A stretch of DNA of 64,000 nt, taken from NCBI GenBank assembly GCA_003971905.1, contig RSEE01000042.1, positions 434,001-498,000 of the forward strand, written 5' to 3'. The notes beneath the pieces are model-generated. The model did no database searches and was not told the DNA's origin. It saw nothing but the letters and a program-made list of their open reading frames with translations. Below are positions 1-12,200 of this stretch, one piece after another. Position 1 is the stretch's first letter. Each line of letters opens with the position of its first letter. The position numbers and the translations under genes were made by a program. Source of the DNA: Moniliella sp. 'wahieum' (Eukaryota).

Positions 1-327
1 AGTCGCCCGAGGGAACACTACTGGAACAGAGCCAGCCTGGCGGCTCACCTATTTCTATCTCTATTTTCATAACGCAGACCCCCTGCTTACCTATTTGTTG
101 CTTACCTATTTGTTTGCGTTGTTTGCAACCCACCCCGCGCGCTCAGCCATGCACATGGGTGATAAAATTCCTCCAGCGTGGAATGGTGGCTATGGTGGCT
201 ACGATGACGAGGGAACGGTAGCGAAGGTGGCGAAGGTGGACCGGTGGCTAAGGTGGCGACGGTGCACCAAGCACCAAGCTGGGGCGAAGCCCCAGCTGAC
301 CGGGCCGTAGGCCCGGTGGTCTTCTAG
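1..327 (+). mobile_element. Helitron 3' terminus (5' part probably outside the window)
   Basis: Two adjacent perfect GC-rich hairpins, AGCTGGGGC-GAA-GCCCCAGCT (277-297) and ACCGGGCC-GTA-GGCCCGGT (299-317), followed 6 nt later by CTAG (324-327) and then T. Subterminal hairpin + CTRR + host T is the established Helitron 3' signature. 5' boundary not visible. Confidence 0.7.
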
Positions 328-2036
328 TTATTTTTAGCTGCCACGTTTCTCTTCCTTCTTCACGCTATACTTGCCCCACTTGCAGTTACTTTGGCGGCGG
401 GGCCAGTGCTGGAGATGAAAGCATCTGCGTCCCTCCATGCCAGCAACCTCTGTCGATCAACTTCTCATCTGCGTTCACGTACACAACCGCCGCTCCTCCT
501 GGCGCATCATGAGTACTGGAGTGTGGATGTGGGGTAAATCCACCGCCCACAGTCGACGCTTTTATTATCTGGTAGGGGGGGCGGCCTGTACAGGTCATTG
601 AGGCTTGGAACTTGAAGCATGAGTGCAAGGGGCTTGAAGTTGACCGTTGGAGCAGCTGAAGCTTGAGGCTTGAAGCTTGAAGGTCAAAGTCCAAGGTCAG
701 AGAGATGTGAGATGTTAGGCCTTAGGCCTTAGGTCTGATCTGAGGCGCCTGAGGCTTCACCTGAAGTTCAGGCTTTGAAGCTTGAAGCTTGATCAATGTT
801 ATAGTGATCGATGATCCCTCTGCTGGTGCTGATGCACTGATGCACTGATGCCTGCTGCTTCGAGCTTCAAGCTCTTCAAGCTTCAAGCTTCATCGACTTC
901 ATGGATCGTCACGCGTCATGCATCATGCACCATGAACTTGCGTAGTCCGTGTATGATTGTGGGGCCGACGGGAGAGGGCTTGTCGCGCTATTATGCACAA
1001 CTTTAACTCTCTGTTGTACGTATATGGTGCTTGGCATGCTGACATGGCGCGCTGACAGCAAAGCGCTGAAACAGCTGGCATATATATCCCAGACCTTGCA
1101 TTTTGGCCAGAGACCCTATATAGGCCCCAGCCCATCCCAGCCGTGGGGGTGGGCTAACTGTCGTGGAGCTTCAACTTGAAGCTTCAAGCATGAAGCTCAT
1201 GAAGCTTGAAGCAGGACCTAGCGTGGTCACTAGGTCACTATATATATTCGTCTCCTTTTAGGAAATTTAGAGCGCCGCGTCTCCACAGCAAAGTGGGCGC
1301 ACATCTTTGCCCCATCCTTTCCAACTCTCGGGAAAAAAGCGTGCACGGCCGCCTCTCCATAAAATACCTCTGAAGAGGTTATCATTTTGTTGCTGGAGAG
1401 GATTAGGCTGCCAACAGCAACAATGTGCGTAAAATATGGTGGGATGCGGATGGTGCTTGATGCTCTCGTATCCAGCTTGTAACCCCCCACACTATACCCC
1501 GGAGGCCGTGACGCGTAATGGCCCCACAAGCCGTTCCGAAAATTGGCGGTCTATATACGCCACAAAAAGGCTAATGTATATGGCCGCCGGCGCCTCAAAA
1601 GCGTACTCATCACCGGCATCGCCAGCAACCCCGCACGCTGTGGGGTGTGTTTGTCAATGCTGTTTGGTGCCGGTGGTAGCAGGATGCGGGGAGGAGGCTG
1701 AGCGTACTACGATCCAGGCACACACATAGGTGTCTTCATTCTGGTTTGCGTTTTGCGTTCTACTGCCGAAGATGCATGATGCTTGATGCATCTGCATCAT
1801 CTCACATTGATATCATCTCATTGTGATCTCATTGATTGCTCTGAGGCTCACTTATGTGGGTCTGCATGATTGCGATGACGGCCCAGATGTGAAGTAGGGT
1901 GCATAAAAGGACGACGACCAGGTCCTTTTTTTCTGCCGTCTCCCTCCCCCCCACCCACACCACTCTTCCTTTGACGTCTTAACCTCCTTTAACTCCTCAA
2001 CCTCATTCCCCCATCTCCTTTCTCGCTCTTCTCCAA

Positions 2037-2957
2037 ATGACCACCGGTCGTGTTGCCAACAAGATCGCTCTCGTAACGGGCGGGGGCAAGGGCATTGGGG
2101 CGGCCACAGCCCACGTCCTAGCGCGCGAAGGCGCCAAGGTTTTTGTTACCGACATTGACGACGTCGCTGGAGAAAAGTCACTCAAGAAATCAATAACGCT
2201 GGCGGAGAAGCTCACTACGCCAACCTGAACACTGCCTCTGACGCTGAGTGGGCGTCAGTGATGAATACGGTTCGTTACTTTCCTTTTGGTCATCCAGCAC
2301 TGCTGTGGTGATACATTCTTGTGTTGGTGGCGGGATACGAGTGCTGACTGCGTGGATGGGGATGGGCGCAAAGATCGAGACAACGTTCGGGCATCTCGAC
2401 ATTCTGGTCAATAATGCTGGCATCTTGCAGCTTGGTACGATTACCAACACTTCGTTCGACCAATGGCACAAGGTGCAATCAGTCACTCTGATGGTGTCTT
2501 CCTGGGAGTCAAGTATGCTGTTGAGCTGATGCGGAAGCACAATACCCCGGGTTCAATCATCAACTTGTGCTCCATTCTTGGTCAAGTGGGCACGAGGAAC
2601 TGTGTTGCCTATCCAGCCAGCAAAGGACTGGTGAAGCTCTTGACCAAGTCTGTCGCTTTGGACGAAGCACCTTATGGCATTCGGATTCAACGTATGCCCT
2701 GCGTATATCGACACTCCATTGCTGGACATCATGTCGAAGGAGGAACACGATGCCCTGATCTCATTGCATCCTATGGGTCGGTTGGGACGGCCGGAAGAAG
2801 TGGCCAATGCCGTTCTGTTTTGGCGTCGGATGAGTCGTCGTACATCACAGGAAGCGAACTGATGGTCGATGGAGGATACACAGCCGGTAAGAATTTCATC
2901 TTACTCCGTTCCTTGTGGGTATCAAGTGACTGACTCATCTTTGCTCCATCAGCTTGA
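2037..2957 (+). CDS. Classical short-chain dehydrogenase/reductase (3-alpha,20-beta-HSD/FabG-like), frameshifted in assembly
   Basis: TGGGKGIG Rossmann motif, [14 protein letters not shown] catalytic YxxxK, C-terminal [14 protein letters not shown]. Likely introns 2270-2373 and 2887-2952; stop TGA 2955-2957. Confidence 0.9.
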
Positions 2958-3572
2958 CCAACTCCTTACTCATGCCCCACATGTGTATCCCCACATGTGT
3001 ATTTGCCCTCTTTTCTTTCCCAACCCCAGTTCCCCTTAACACATTCACTTTGTTTTCGGGGAGATTTTTGAGTGTCATCCACCTCTTCTCTCAGTGTGAT
3101 GTCAGCCTAGTACATCTACGGTTGCTGTCCGACTCACCTACCAGGGTATCTTCCTCTGTGATGGTCTTCTCATTTCCGGAATAGATCCTTCATGATCTCA
3201 TTTTCCTCCTGCAAAATGCAACGACGTTATATTGCCAGCACTTCCACATGCTGATCACCAAATTCAGGAGGAAATAAGCAACGGTCTTCGTCCACAAGGG
3301 CAAATGAGATGAAGTGTCACCATATTACCCTCCTGACATAGAGTCTAATAGCTATGTTTGGGCCAATATCTCGGTACCGTCATTAGGAAACAATGTCGAG
3401 ATCACGCCGCATCCCCAAGAAGCCTCATTGGTTCCATATCATGGCTAGCGCTTGCCTTGAGATTGTTGAGATATATAGTACACCCCGCCTGAGGTGGCAC
3501 AGGGGACGAGGGGTTAATAATAGCAGTGAGAAGGGGGAGCTTGAAGCTTGAATAGGGAGGCTGTCGAGCCGG

Positions 3573-3801
3573 GTGGCTCGTGCTTTAATTGATGGCCAAT
3601 CTGATGTCCCTTCAGTTCCTCCTCAGGCTTAGGAGTTCCGCGGTTTTCTCTCTCCTGTTTTTCCTTGTCCCGCAGCTTAGCCCCTGATGGCAACTCGCTG
3701 CTTGATGTTCCTCTGTATGCATTGCTGATGCCACTACCACCATCACTATAGTGCGATTGCATCACCCTGGAGGGCCATCAGGACTCCCGCGGTCTCATCA
3801 G
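3573..3801 (+). repeat. Diverged dispersed repeat, copy 1 (copy 2 at 47775-48018)
   Basis: Collinear shared blocks GTGGCTCG, CCTCCTCAGGCTT, TTGATGTTCCTCTGTA, CCATCAGGACTCC, GGTCTCATCAG in both loci, same strand. Confidence 0.75.
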
Positions 3802-4602
3802 AGGCCTCAGCCTGAGGGGGATGCATAATAGAAGTATGACAGTCGGATGCGGAGACCCGATGACGCGAGTATGCTCCCACTGCTTCCGGAAGAAGGGATG
3901 GTGGTAAGTGTACAGTAAGAGGAGGATGGCAAGTGTTTTTTGGTTCCAGCTAAATTATACGTGAACGGACACACACAGCTGCGCCTTAATTTATTAAAGC
4001 CGCGGCCATACCTAATTGACGTGTGTCACGCATTCGATAGCCTTCGGAGTAGAGCAGTGAGGGTAGAGGGCTTTGGAGTCATAGCAGCCGTTGTGTCCAA
4101 CTCGCTAGCAGACGCTCCAACAACCACAGGGCATCGGGACCGTGTATACGTGGTGAGGAGTCAGAACACCCGTCCGCCACACAGGGTCCCATTCCCTACC
4201 GTGTGTGTGCTTTCGTATACCTCTGCTCATATACATACGTGTCACACAACGCTTACAAGCGTAGAGTATATCCCGTATAGTATACTCTGTGTGTACGTTT
4301 TTTAATCTCCGTAGCATATTGTCAGGCCGGGGGGAAGCAGAATCTTCTACATGATTCGCCATCGATCACAACAAGCTCTTCCCTGCTGAGGATGTGTGCG
4401 CCGTGCCCCTCCCCCCGCGGCTTCAGGTCGCAGGTACGGTTACTACTTTGTTGTGTATCAATCTATCGCGGACTTAACGATACCATCTTTTACACCTTTT
4501 AGCGTATATAACCCTTCACAGATCCTGCACCCAACATGCAACCATCCGCACTGCTCTCGTCTTAACCAGGGACCACACTCCTCAGCTAAAAGCCCCAGCC
4601 TG

Positions 4603-5560
4603 CATGACACCTTCTAATCCCACATCATCTGCCCTGGTGGCCTCGAAGCTCATCTTCGCAACAGTGTCAGCAAGATACTGTCGCCTTCTGGGCGCATCAC
4701 TTCGCTGCCTGTAATGGAGGATTCCCGCTTGCCCTGGCGCGTAAACCATGATGAAACCGAAGCAATGCTCATCCCTCGATACAATGACCTGGACACCACG
4801 GACAGTCTAGATTGGACACTACGATGAATACGACGAGCATCCTCCCTGTCAATACTCCGATGCTGCAAGTTTTCTTCCTCCGTACACGGAGTCTCGTTTC
4901 GAAACAAGAGAACGGATGGAACTGATGTACTCCAAGTACACATTGGGATCTAAGATTTCCGTTCGTGTAAGTCGTCACCCTATCCATACCAGTCTACTTT
5001 TCATTGTTTCTTAAGGACCCACATATTGGCATACTGACACACACGTCGATGCCTTCCTCGGTCCAAAACAGAACGGCTTCACGGGCCAGATCCTGTTCTC
5101 CACAGAGATTGAGTTCTTCTCCGTCCTCCTCATCATCTGACGAGGACCGATTGGTCATCCCAAACTGGGTGCGTCAAGTTGCGACTCAAGGATGAAGGTG
5201 GCAAGCATGTTCTCAGTGTTGTGTCAAGCTGGAACACGCACCCATTTCCAATTACGCTCGGTACAAGGCTCCGTGCTTGCTACAATCAAGACGGATGGGA
5301 AATCCAAGAAGAAAGGAGTCGTACGATTCTCCCACTACCTCGGCAGTCCAGATATACTTATCAGCCGGGCTGACGACAAAGATTCCTGGATCTTAACCGA
5401 AGAGAACTCTGGGCTTCAGGTTGCGCACATCACTCGCTCCGAGGGTTTGATGAAGCGCAAAGCCAGCATTGAGGTCTTTTCGGGCAACTACATGTTCGTC
5501 ATGGGAATTGCACTTGCTCTCTTTGAAAGGGACTACTTAATGGGCGTGGCAGCCCAGTGA
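4603..5560 (+). CDS. Hypothetical protein, possibly tubby-C/LURP-one/scramblase-like fold
   Basis: ATG at 4603, likely intron GTAAGT about 4967-5015, terminal 122-aa ORF 5192-5560 with alternating short beta-strand-like segments ending in a hydrophobic helix (YMFVMGIALALFE), an architecture typical of tubby-C-like proteins. Family assignment is inference. Confidence 0.4.
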
Positions 5561-5958
5561 AATCCCCCTCTCTTCGATGAAGTTTCGTGTGGTTCTCTCA
5601 CCTTTTCCTTTCAACACACCGCACGAAGTGAAAAAGCCCCCCCCCCCCCCCATACTCATGCTTATTTTGCGACACTCATGTCGTTACGACACTCGCCACC
5701 CCTCTGTTGATCTCTTTTTTCTCCTCCTTTATACACATTTTTGTTCTCTTGTTATCGATTCCAGTGATCTCATCAGCACACACTTCTTGTCCTTCACCTG
5801 CCCCTTCCTCTACGCTCCTGGGTTCGTTCTCTTCCTCTCCGGCTTTTCTCCACGACCAACACTACGAGTTCATTCATTAAAGTAGAGTTAAAGTATGTGA
5901 CATGTTGAGAATGGGCAACATAGAAATATGACATTGTCGGTCAATTGGCGGAAACAGA

Positions 5959-6037
5959 GGACGGCTGGCGCAATGGTAGCGCGTCTGACTACGATGGTTG
6001 TAATCAGGAGTTGCAGGTTCGACCCCTGCGTCGTTCG
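5959..6037 (+). tRNA. tRNA-Arg(ACG) with an 8-nt intron (5995-6002)
   Basis: Acceptor stem GGACGGC/GTCGTTC, A-box TGGCGCAATGG, anticodon arm TCTGA-CT-ACG-A[TGGTTGTA]A-TCAGG, T-arm GCAGG-TTCGACC-CCTGC, T-run Pol III terminator at about 6060-6065. Confidence 0.92.
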
Positions 6038-6694
6038 AGCCGACACCGGCGTCCTTTCCTTTTTTCCCTTTTGTGCTCTGGAGTATCCCCGAGACAAATC
6101 GCTCATCGATCGTCGATCTGCCCCAACCTGCAATCACACATCAACCATCGCCTGGCGTTGAAGGCGTTGATGACGTTGAATGTCGCACTGGCTGAGCACA
6201 CTGGCGTGGTGCCAGTGGCCCGCAACCCCGGCAATGCGGGGGCCTGCCAGGCACTCGCCCTAGGGCAGCGGAATAACGGAGGTGGTGCGAACACGCTGCA
6301 TTGCCATGGCCAGGTTGGTATAGCCCGCCTTCCAAGCACCTCCACCGCACTCGAGACAAGGGCGGACTTGGTGGATCTGGCGGCCGAGGCCACGCAAGTG
6401 GAGAAGAGAGTCCCGGCTGTACTCGTACAGTGACCACCACAGCGAATCGGGTTCAACGGTTCACTACTACTTGGTTAGTCTGGCCGGTGGATGCGTACAC
6501 GCTGCAGTTTGTCCGACATGTCCGACCCCCGTGCTATTTAAACGGCAGCCATGCGGTCTGGCCGATGGGATTGGTCCTCATCCTCACACATCCAACCTCT
6601 CCATCTCTGGCCTCATCTGATCCCGGGCGTCCTCTTCAACCTCCTTCCTCGCCCTTTTCTCAGCCACTCTTATCGTCGCCAACCTGGCTTCATC

Positions 6695-7919
6695 ATGGCC
6701 ACTTTTTCATCCTCGACGTTCTCTGCTTCGGGCTATCTAGCCTTTCGGCCCAGCTACCCGCCCTGGGTCTACCAGCTGATTGCTCAGTACCATGGCACGG
6801 GGCGCATCAGCGCGCAGGCCCTCCTCGCTGCTCAACACGGCACACCTGCTTCCTTGCTCCACCCGCCCTCTGCGGCCCAGGTGTTCGATGGGCACGGGCA
6901 CTCGACTTGGGATGCGGCCCAGGGATCGGATCGCTACCGCTTTTGACCTACTTTGACTCGGTCACCGCCTCGGATCCCTCCAAGAAGATGATCGACCAAG
7001 CTCTGCGTGATCCCAACGACCCCTCCCTTCCCGACCACATCCGTCCTCGCCCTCTCACACCCGGCTCCATCTCGGCCGCTGTGACTGGAGCAGAGCCCCA
7101 TGGCAAACTAGGCACCATCTCGTACCTGGTTGACAATGCCTTGACCTTGTCCAACTACCTTGACCAGTTTGGGGTCAAGTCACCAGACGATTCTGTGCCC
7201 GAGCAAGCTAAGGTCGATCTGGTCGTTCCTTTCAAGCTGCTCACTGGTTCACGCCCTATGCGAAAATGTGGCAGACCTTCGACAAGGTCCTTCGTCCAGG
7301 AGGCAGCGTCATCTGCGTCATTTACTCCGAGGTGTTCCTCCCCGAATACCCTTCGTTAACCCCGCTCATTGCGCAATTCACGACGGGCAAGCCACTACCT
7401 GACCCGGAAGACGGCCTTGGTCCTTACTGGGAGCCAGGAAGGCAGATCCTCAATAACGGCATGATTGACTTGCCGGCTCCCTGGGTGGTGGAACCTACGG
7501 ACTCGGCCGCATGGGACAAGAGTTCTTTCACACGTCGAATCTTTAGCAATGGCAAAGGCACCAACGAGACTCCCCGCTGGCCGGAACAGACTGTTCCTGC
7601 ACCTGAGAAGGAGGGCGCGAGGGGGGGCACCCCGCTGTCAAAGGAGGAGCATGGAGCTGCCTCTGAGCTGGTCATGTCCAAGCCCGCGGATTGGGAAACT
7701 CTTCGTGGCTACCTGAGCACCTTCTCCAGCCTCCACAATTACCGCCAAGATCACCCGGGTGACGAGAAAAATCAAGGCGGGATCCTTGAACGTTTTCTTC
7801 TCCGATTGCAGGCGGCGATGCTGGATGTGGAACGGACAACCAACCCTGAAGCGTCGCTTCCCAACCACTTTACCCTCCAGTGGCCCCTGCACGTGGTCGC
7901 TGTCAAAAAGATGGGGTGA
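6695..7919 (+). CDS. Class I SAM-dependent methyltransferase (Tmt1/Crg1 trans-aconitate methyltransferase-like)
   Basis: N-terminal MATFSSSTFSASGYLAFRPSYP, motif I ALDLGCGPG, DPSKKM, LRPGG, GPYWEPGR and GYLSTFSSLHNY motifs spread over three frames. Confidence 0.85.
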
Positions 7920-8560
7920 CAGGTCTTCATTCAGGCATCATGCGCTGTGCTAATGACAACACCCGAAGACGAAAGTGCCTGCACCACTGATGAATGGAAT
8001 CTGTGCATCACGCTGCAACAATGGGATGGACCTTTGAAGACGGGACCGAGACCATAACAAATCTGTACGAAAAAGCATATATGAGCTCCCCGCCGAAAGA
8101 GGTACTTAGGAGCCTTACCGGTAGGTGGTGGAGATGGTACGGCGTGAATCAGGGTGTGGTGAGGGTCGGTATGAGCTGCTGAAGCTGACGCTGGGAAGGA
8201 CGGGGAAATCGAGGAGGAAGCTTAACCCGACAAAGAGGAACAGACAACTCATGTCCGTAGGGAGAGGTTGCCTTTCGCTTGGCATTTTACTTCGTCTGCC
8301 CGCCGCAGATTCGCTCTGCCCCCTCGCCATTTCCATTACAATCCATGCATGGCTCCTTGATTCTACACTGTCCAAGCGTCTCTTGGCCTCATCAAAGTGT
8401 GTACGTCAGGGTCATGATGCTTAACCTACACAATGATTACACAGAATGAGTGTACCACAGACGCCTTGCTGCGCTGCTCGCCACATCGGTCGTCTTAAAT
8501 TGCCGTCTGTTCCACTGCACAGTGGCATTGGGTAGCAGATACCAAGCCCACAGATAGTCA

Positions 8561-9925
8561 TCACGTTATAACCACATTGTAGCCCATGGTTCGCTGCTTT
8601 TTGGCCGCCTGCGCCGAAAGTGCCGCCCCGACACCCGAGCCATCCTTACCCAGTTCGATCTTGACTCGGTTCGCTGTCTCTTGACCGAGAATCTCAACGA
8701 GAGCCACATGGGTTCGCTCGCGGAAGTGAGGGTAAAGCTCAGCTAGCGATCCATCTAGACCAACATTGAGTGACGCCGGAGTAATGGACAGGACGTTCCC
8801 AGGTGCCTTTTTGCTGCTGGCCAAATCCTCGATGGGCGGTACATGACCGGTATGGATCACGACGGCTGCAATTGCGCCGGCCGACAAGCCGCCCGCGTGC
8901 CCACCCACTCCGACATACCCTCGCACCGTTTCCATGTCCATGACTTGGACGTTCTCTCCGGAACACCGAGTTTGTTAACCAAGGCACCGCGTGTCTCGTT
9001 ATGGTGGTCGTCTGAGGCGAGGCCCGAGTCAATGTCGGCTTCGATGATGGACATGATGGACATGATGTACGTTTCCAACTCGTTCTGTTGTTGAGGCTAT
9101 CGGATGAAAACCCATCAAACACGAGTAGTTGGCCAATCATGTTGACCAGCACCGACCGGAACACTTCACCAAGGTACATGCCACTAATCATTTTCTCAAA
9201 AATGTCGTGGCGCTGACGGATGGCGGTACTGTCGACCTTATTGCCGTATTTAGTCACTGACTGGCAGCGCCTCGCGGGCATTATCGTAGCTTCCCCACTC
9301 TCGCTGTTGATACCATGTGGGTTGGCGCTGATCCATTGGAGCCTTGGCGTACCTGAATCCGTCCAATCGATTCAATCGACTCGAGATAGGCGCCATTGGT
9401 ATCCGTTCCAAAGATTGCTCACAACAGCGACCCCCCCCCCCCTGTTGGTAAGCCGAGGCGAGAAGGGTGCCAACTGTGGCGTTGATAATAGCATCCACCT
9501 TCACCTTCAAGTGACGCTTGTCCAATGCATCTTGGAGGAGCTGGACCATATCTTTGCCCACCGCGTCGGGGCAGTTAAGCCCCTTGGTCCATGAAATGAG
9601 GGCACCCGAGTCGATTGACGTTTGCTCGACAGGAAAGGAAAACGTAAAGCCCATCGACAGCCTTTCCTCATGTTGCCCAACATGCTTGTCGTTCAAAAAG
9701 ACATTTACCGATTCGGCCATATAGCAAACAAGTTGGCAACGGGGCCCATCTTGAGACTGTCCTGGACCTTGTACTTCTGTTGCTCGATGCTCACCTCCCC
9801 CATGCCAAGGAGTGTGATGGCGCACACACGTATAGGTTGGTGCCACCCAGATCCATGGCAAGGTAGGTGCCTGTCTCGGAGCCGTCGGGCAGGCTGGTGA
9901 CGAACGTGGGGATCATGAACATGGC
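8561..9925 (-). CDS. Hexokinase/glucokinase; 5' end not resolved, heavily frameshifted
   Basis: [65 protein letters not shown] motifs in correct order. Confidence 0.92.
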
Positions 9926-10207
9926 GGCGCCTTAGGCTCCACGAGTGCTGTGCAGAGGGCGCTCAAATACAGCGTTGACCAATTCCACCCTCAGGGCATA
10001 GGCGCATGCTCGTGCAAACTGCGCACGTGCCGAGATAGTACTGATGCCGCCCTCAACTTGCACCGACTACTGCGCACAATTCCGCTGGCCTAACTCGGGC
10101 GGCTAATCGTTGATCCACCTGCCCCGCTGCCCCCCCACCCCCACCAGCCCCCACCAGCCCCACCAGCCCCCACCTGCTGCCCATCCCAGCTCCTGCCCGG
10201 CGCTGCG

Positions 10208-11576
10208 CATGCCGCCCCAGCCAATGCGGCCGCCACGGCGTCTGCTGGCTCCAACCCTGCTCAAGCCGCCTACCTCGCCGCTGCCGACCGCACTGCGTTT
10301 CGTGCGCTGATGCAATATGCCGATCAGCTCGATGCGCTGCCCCTCGAACTCACCCGCACCATGAGCGATCTGCGTGAACTCGATGCTGTTCTTGGAGGCC
10401 ATGTTGGCAATATAACCTCCCGCATGGCCCAGCTTACCTCGCTCGTCGAGAACCGGAACGCGACGCCGGGCGAGCGCCTCGTCACTCTCAAAGAGGTGGC
10501 CGGAGAGTCGCGTGCCTACAAGCTGGGCGGCGACGACAAGATTCGTGTTGCCGTCGCTGCCGCCGAGACACTGGCCGTGGCCGAGAAAAAACTCGACGAG
10601 GCATTCAACAAGATTGCTGCCCACCCTTCCATTGCCCCCTTTGCCGACCCGGTGTCTTACCTCCGCCACCTCAACCTCATCCCAGGCGCGGTACCGGACT
10701 TGGATTCCTTAGCCCGCTTGCCGGGCGTTCCCCCACCCCTCCTCGGGCGCGTCGGCGGCCGCTTGGACACCTTGGCCATTGTTGCTCAGCGTACTGGTCT
10801 CCCCCCCCTTCGTCCTCTCACACGGCTGCGACCCAACCCCCCGCGACTGGCGGGAGCAACACCGTTGCCGACACGTCCCTCGGAACACCCAAGCGTAAGG
10901 TGGGCAAGACCACCGCCGCGGCTCAGGCAGCACCCAACCGATCCGACACACCCAGCTGGAAGCGACTCGCCGTGGGGCAGGCGGACCCCGCGCTTCGCCT
11001 TCCGCTGCACCGGGTTCCGGAAACAAGAAACGCAAGGCCCTCACCGCTGAGGACGGGACGGCCAAGAAGCGACGTAACAAGGTGGCTGCTCATTCGGAAG
11101 CTCCTGAACTCTCAGACGACGTGCGGAGCAAGTCGGAGAAGCCCAACGCTAGCCCTCACCCGGCCAGCGCTGCAGCGACGTTGGTGCGGCGACAAGAGCG
11201 GAGCGGCACGCCAGCCGGAGCGGGTTCGCCGGCGCTTGGTGGGCGGCGCCCTGCAGCCCAAGGACGCGGGAGCGGGAGCAGTGTCGTTCCATCTGCGCCT
11301 TACACGTTTGGGGCCGGGGGCAATGGTCCGCCACCGGAGGCGGTTGCGTTGACGGCGCAAGCGGGCAAAGACGAGGCGCGGTACTGCTTCTGCAACCAGG
11401 TTTCGTTTGGCGAGATGATTGCCTGCGATGCGCCCAACTGCCCTCGGGAGTGGTTCCACCTCTCCTGTGTCGGGCTGACTACTACCCCGGATGGCTCTTG
11501 GTTCTGTGCCGACTGCAAGGCCCGAGGCGCTATGGGGACCAGCAAGAAGAAGAAGCCGCAAACGCGCCGGCGTTGA
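10208..11576 (+). CDS. ING-family chromatin protein (Yng2/Pho23-like) with C-terminal PHD finger
   Basis: N-terminal ING helical domain ([23 protein letters not shown]...DDKIRVA) and PHD finger [32 protein letters not shown]...WFCADC. Start uncertain. Confidence 0.9.
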
Positions 11577-12200
11577 GGAGGTCGCCGGGTGCGGACTTGT
11601 TTCCTGCTGTGTTGTGCTTGGGTATCTTGTCCTAGGAAGCATTGTTTTCTGTCGCAGCTTCCCGCTTCAGGCTTGCGGGCTTCGTGACGACCGCCGTAGG
11701 CCAGTGCATCGAATAGGCCGAGCGAATGAGGGGGGGGCTGCTTAAGGACGGATTCGTAGGATGCACGTCACGTGATGCGTGCGCTGCGTCTCCACCGAGA
11801 GATGGAGATTGCTGGTCGATCGGATGGATGCAGTGCAGCGTGTAGAAGGACGCATGGAGGCCCTAGGGGAAGTTGTGCCCGATCCATTCGGTCTGATCGG
11901 CGCTGGAGGGGCCCAGCCGAGGCTGAGGACTGCTCAGACGGCCCCAAAAGGGCCAGGAAACGACGGTGGTGGCCCCTCCGCTACGCACCAGGGGGGGCAG
12001 CTTTTGAACATTGCACATCCCGCGCGGCCGCGAAGCAATGGGACGCGACGCGGCGGCGTGTGGACGCACACTGGCGCCGTGCGTGGCGCGGCTGGGCTGG
12101 CTTTGCGTGCGCTTTGCTTTCGCCGCCTGGCCCCCACCTCCACCCCCTCCATCCCCCTCCATCCCACTCCATCCCGCTCCATCCGCCCTCAGCACAAGCG

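Noticed and set aside
5945..6456. ORFs of 162 aa (+) and 117 aa (-) next to the tRNA
   Set aside because: The plus ORF runs through the tRNA gene and neither has a recognisable motif.
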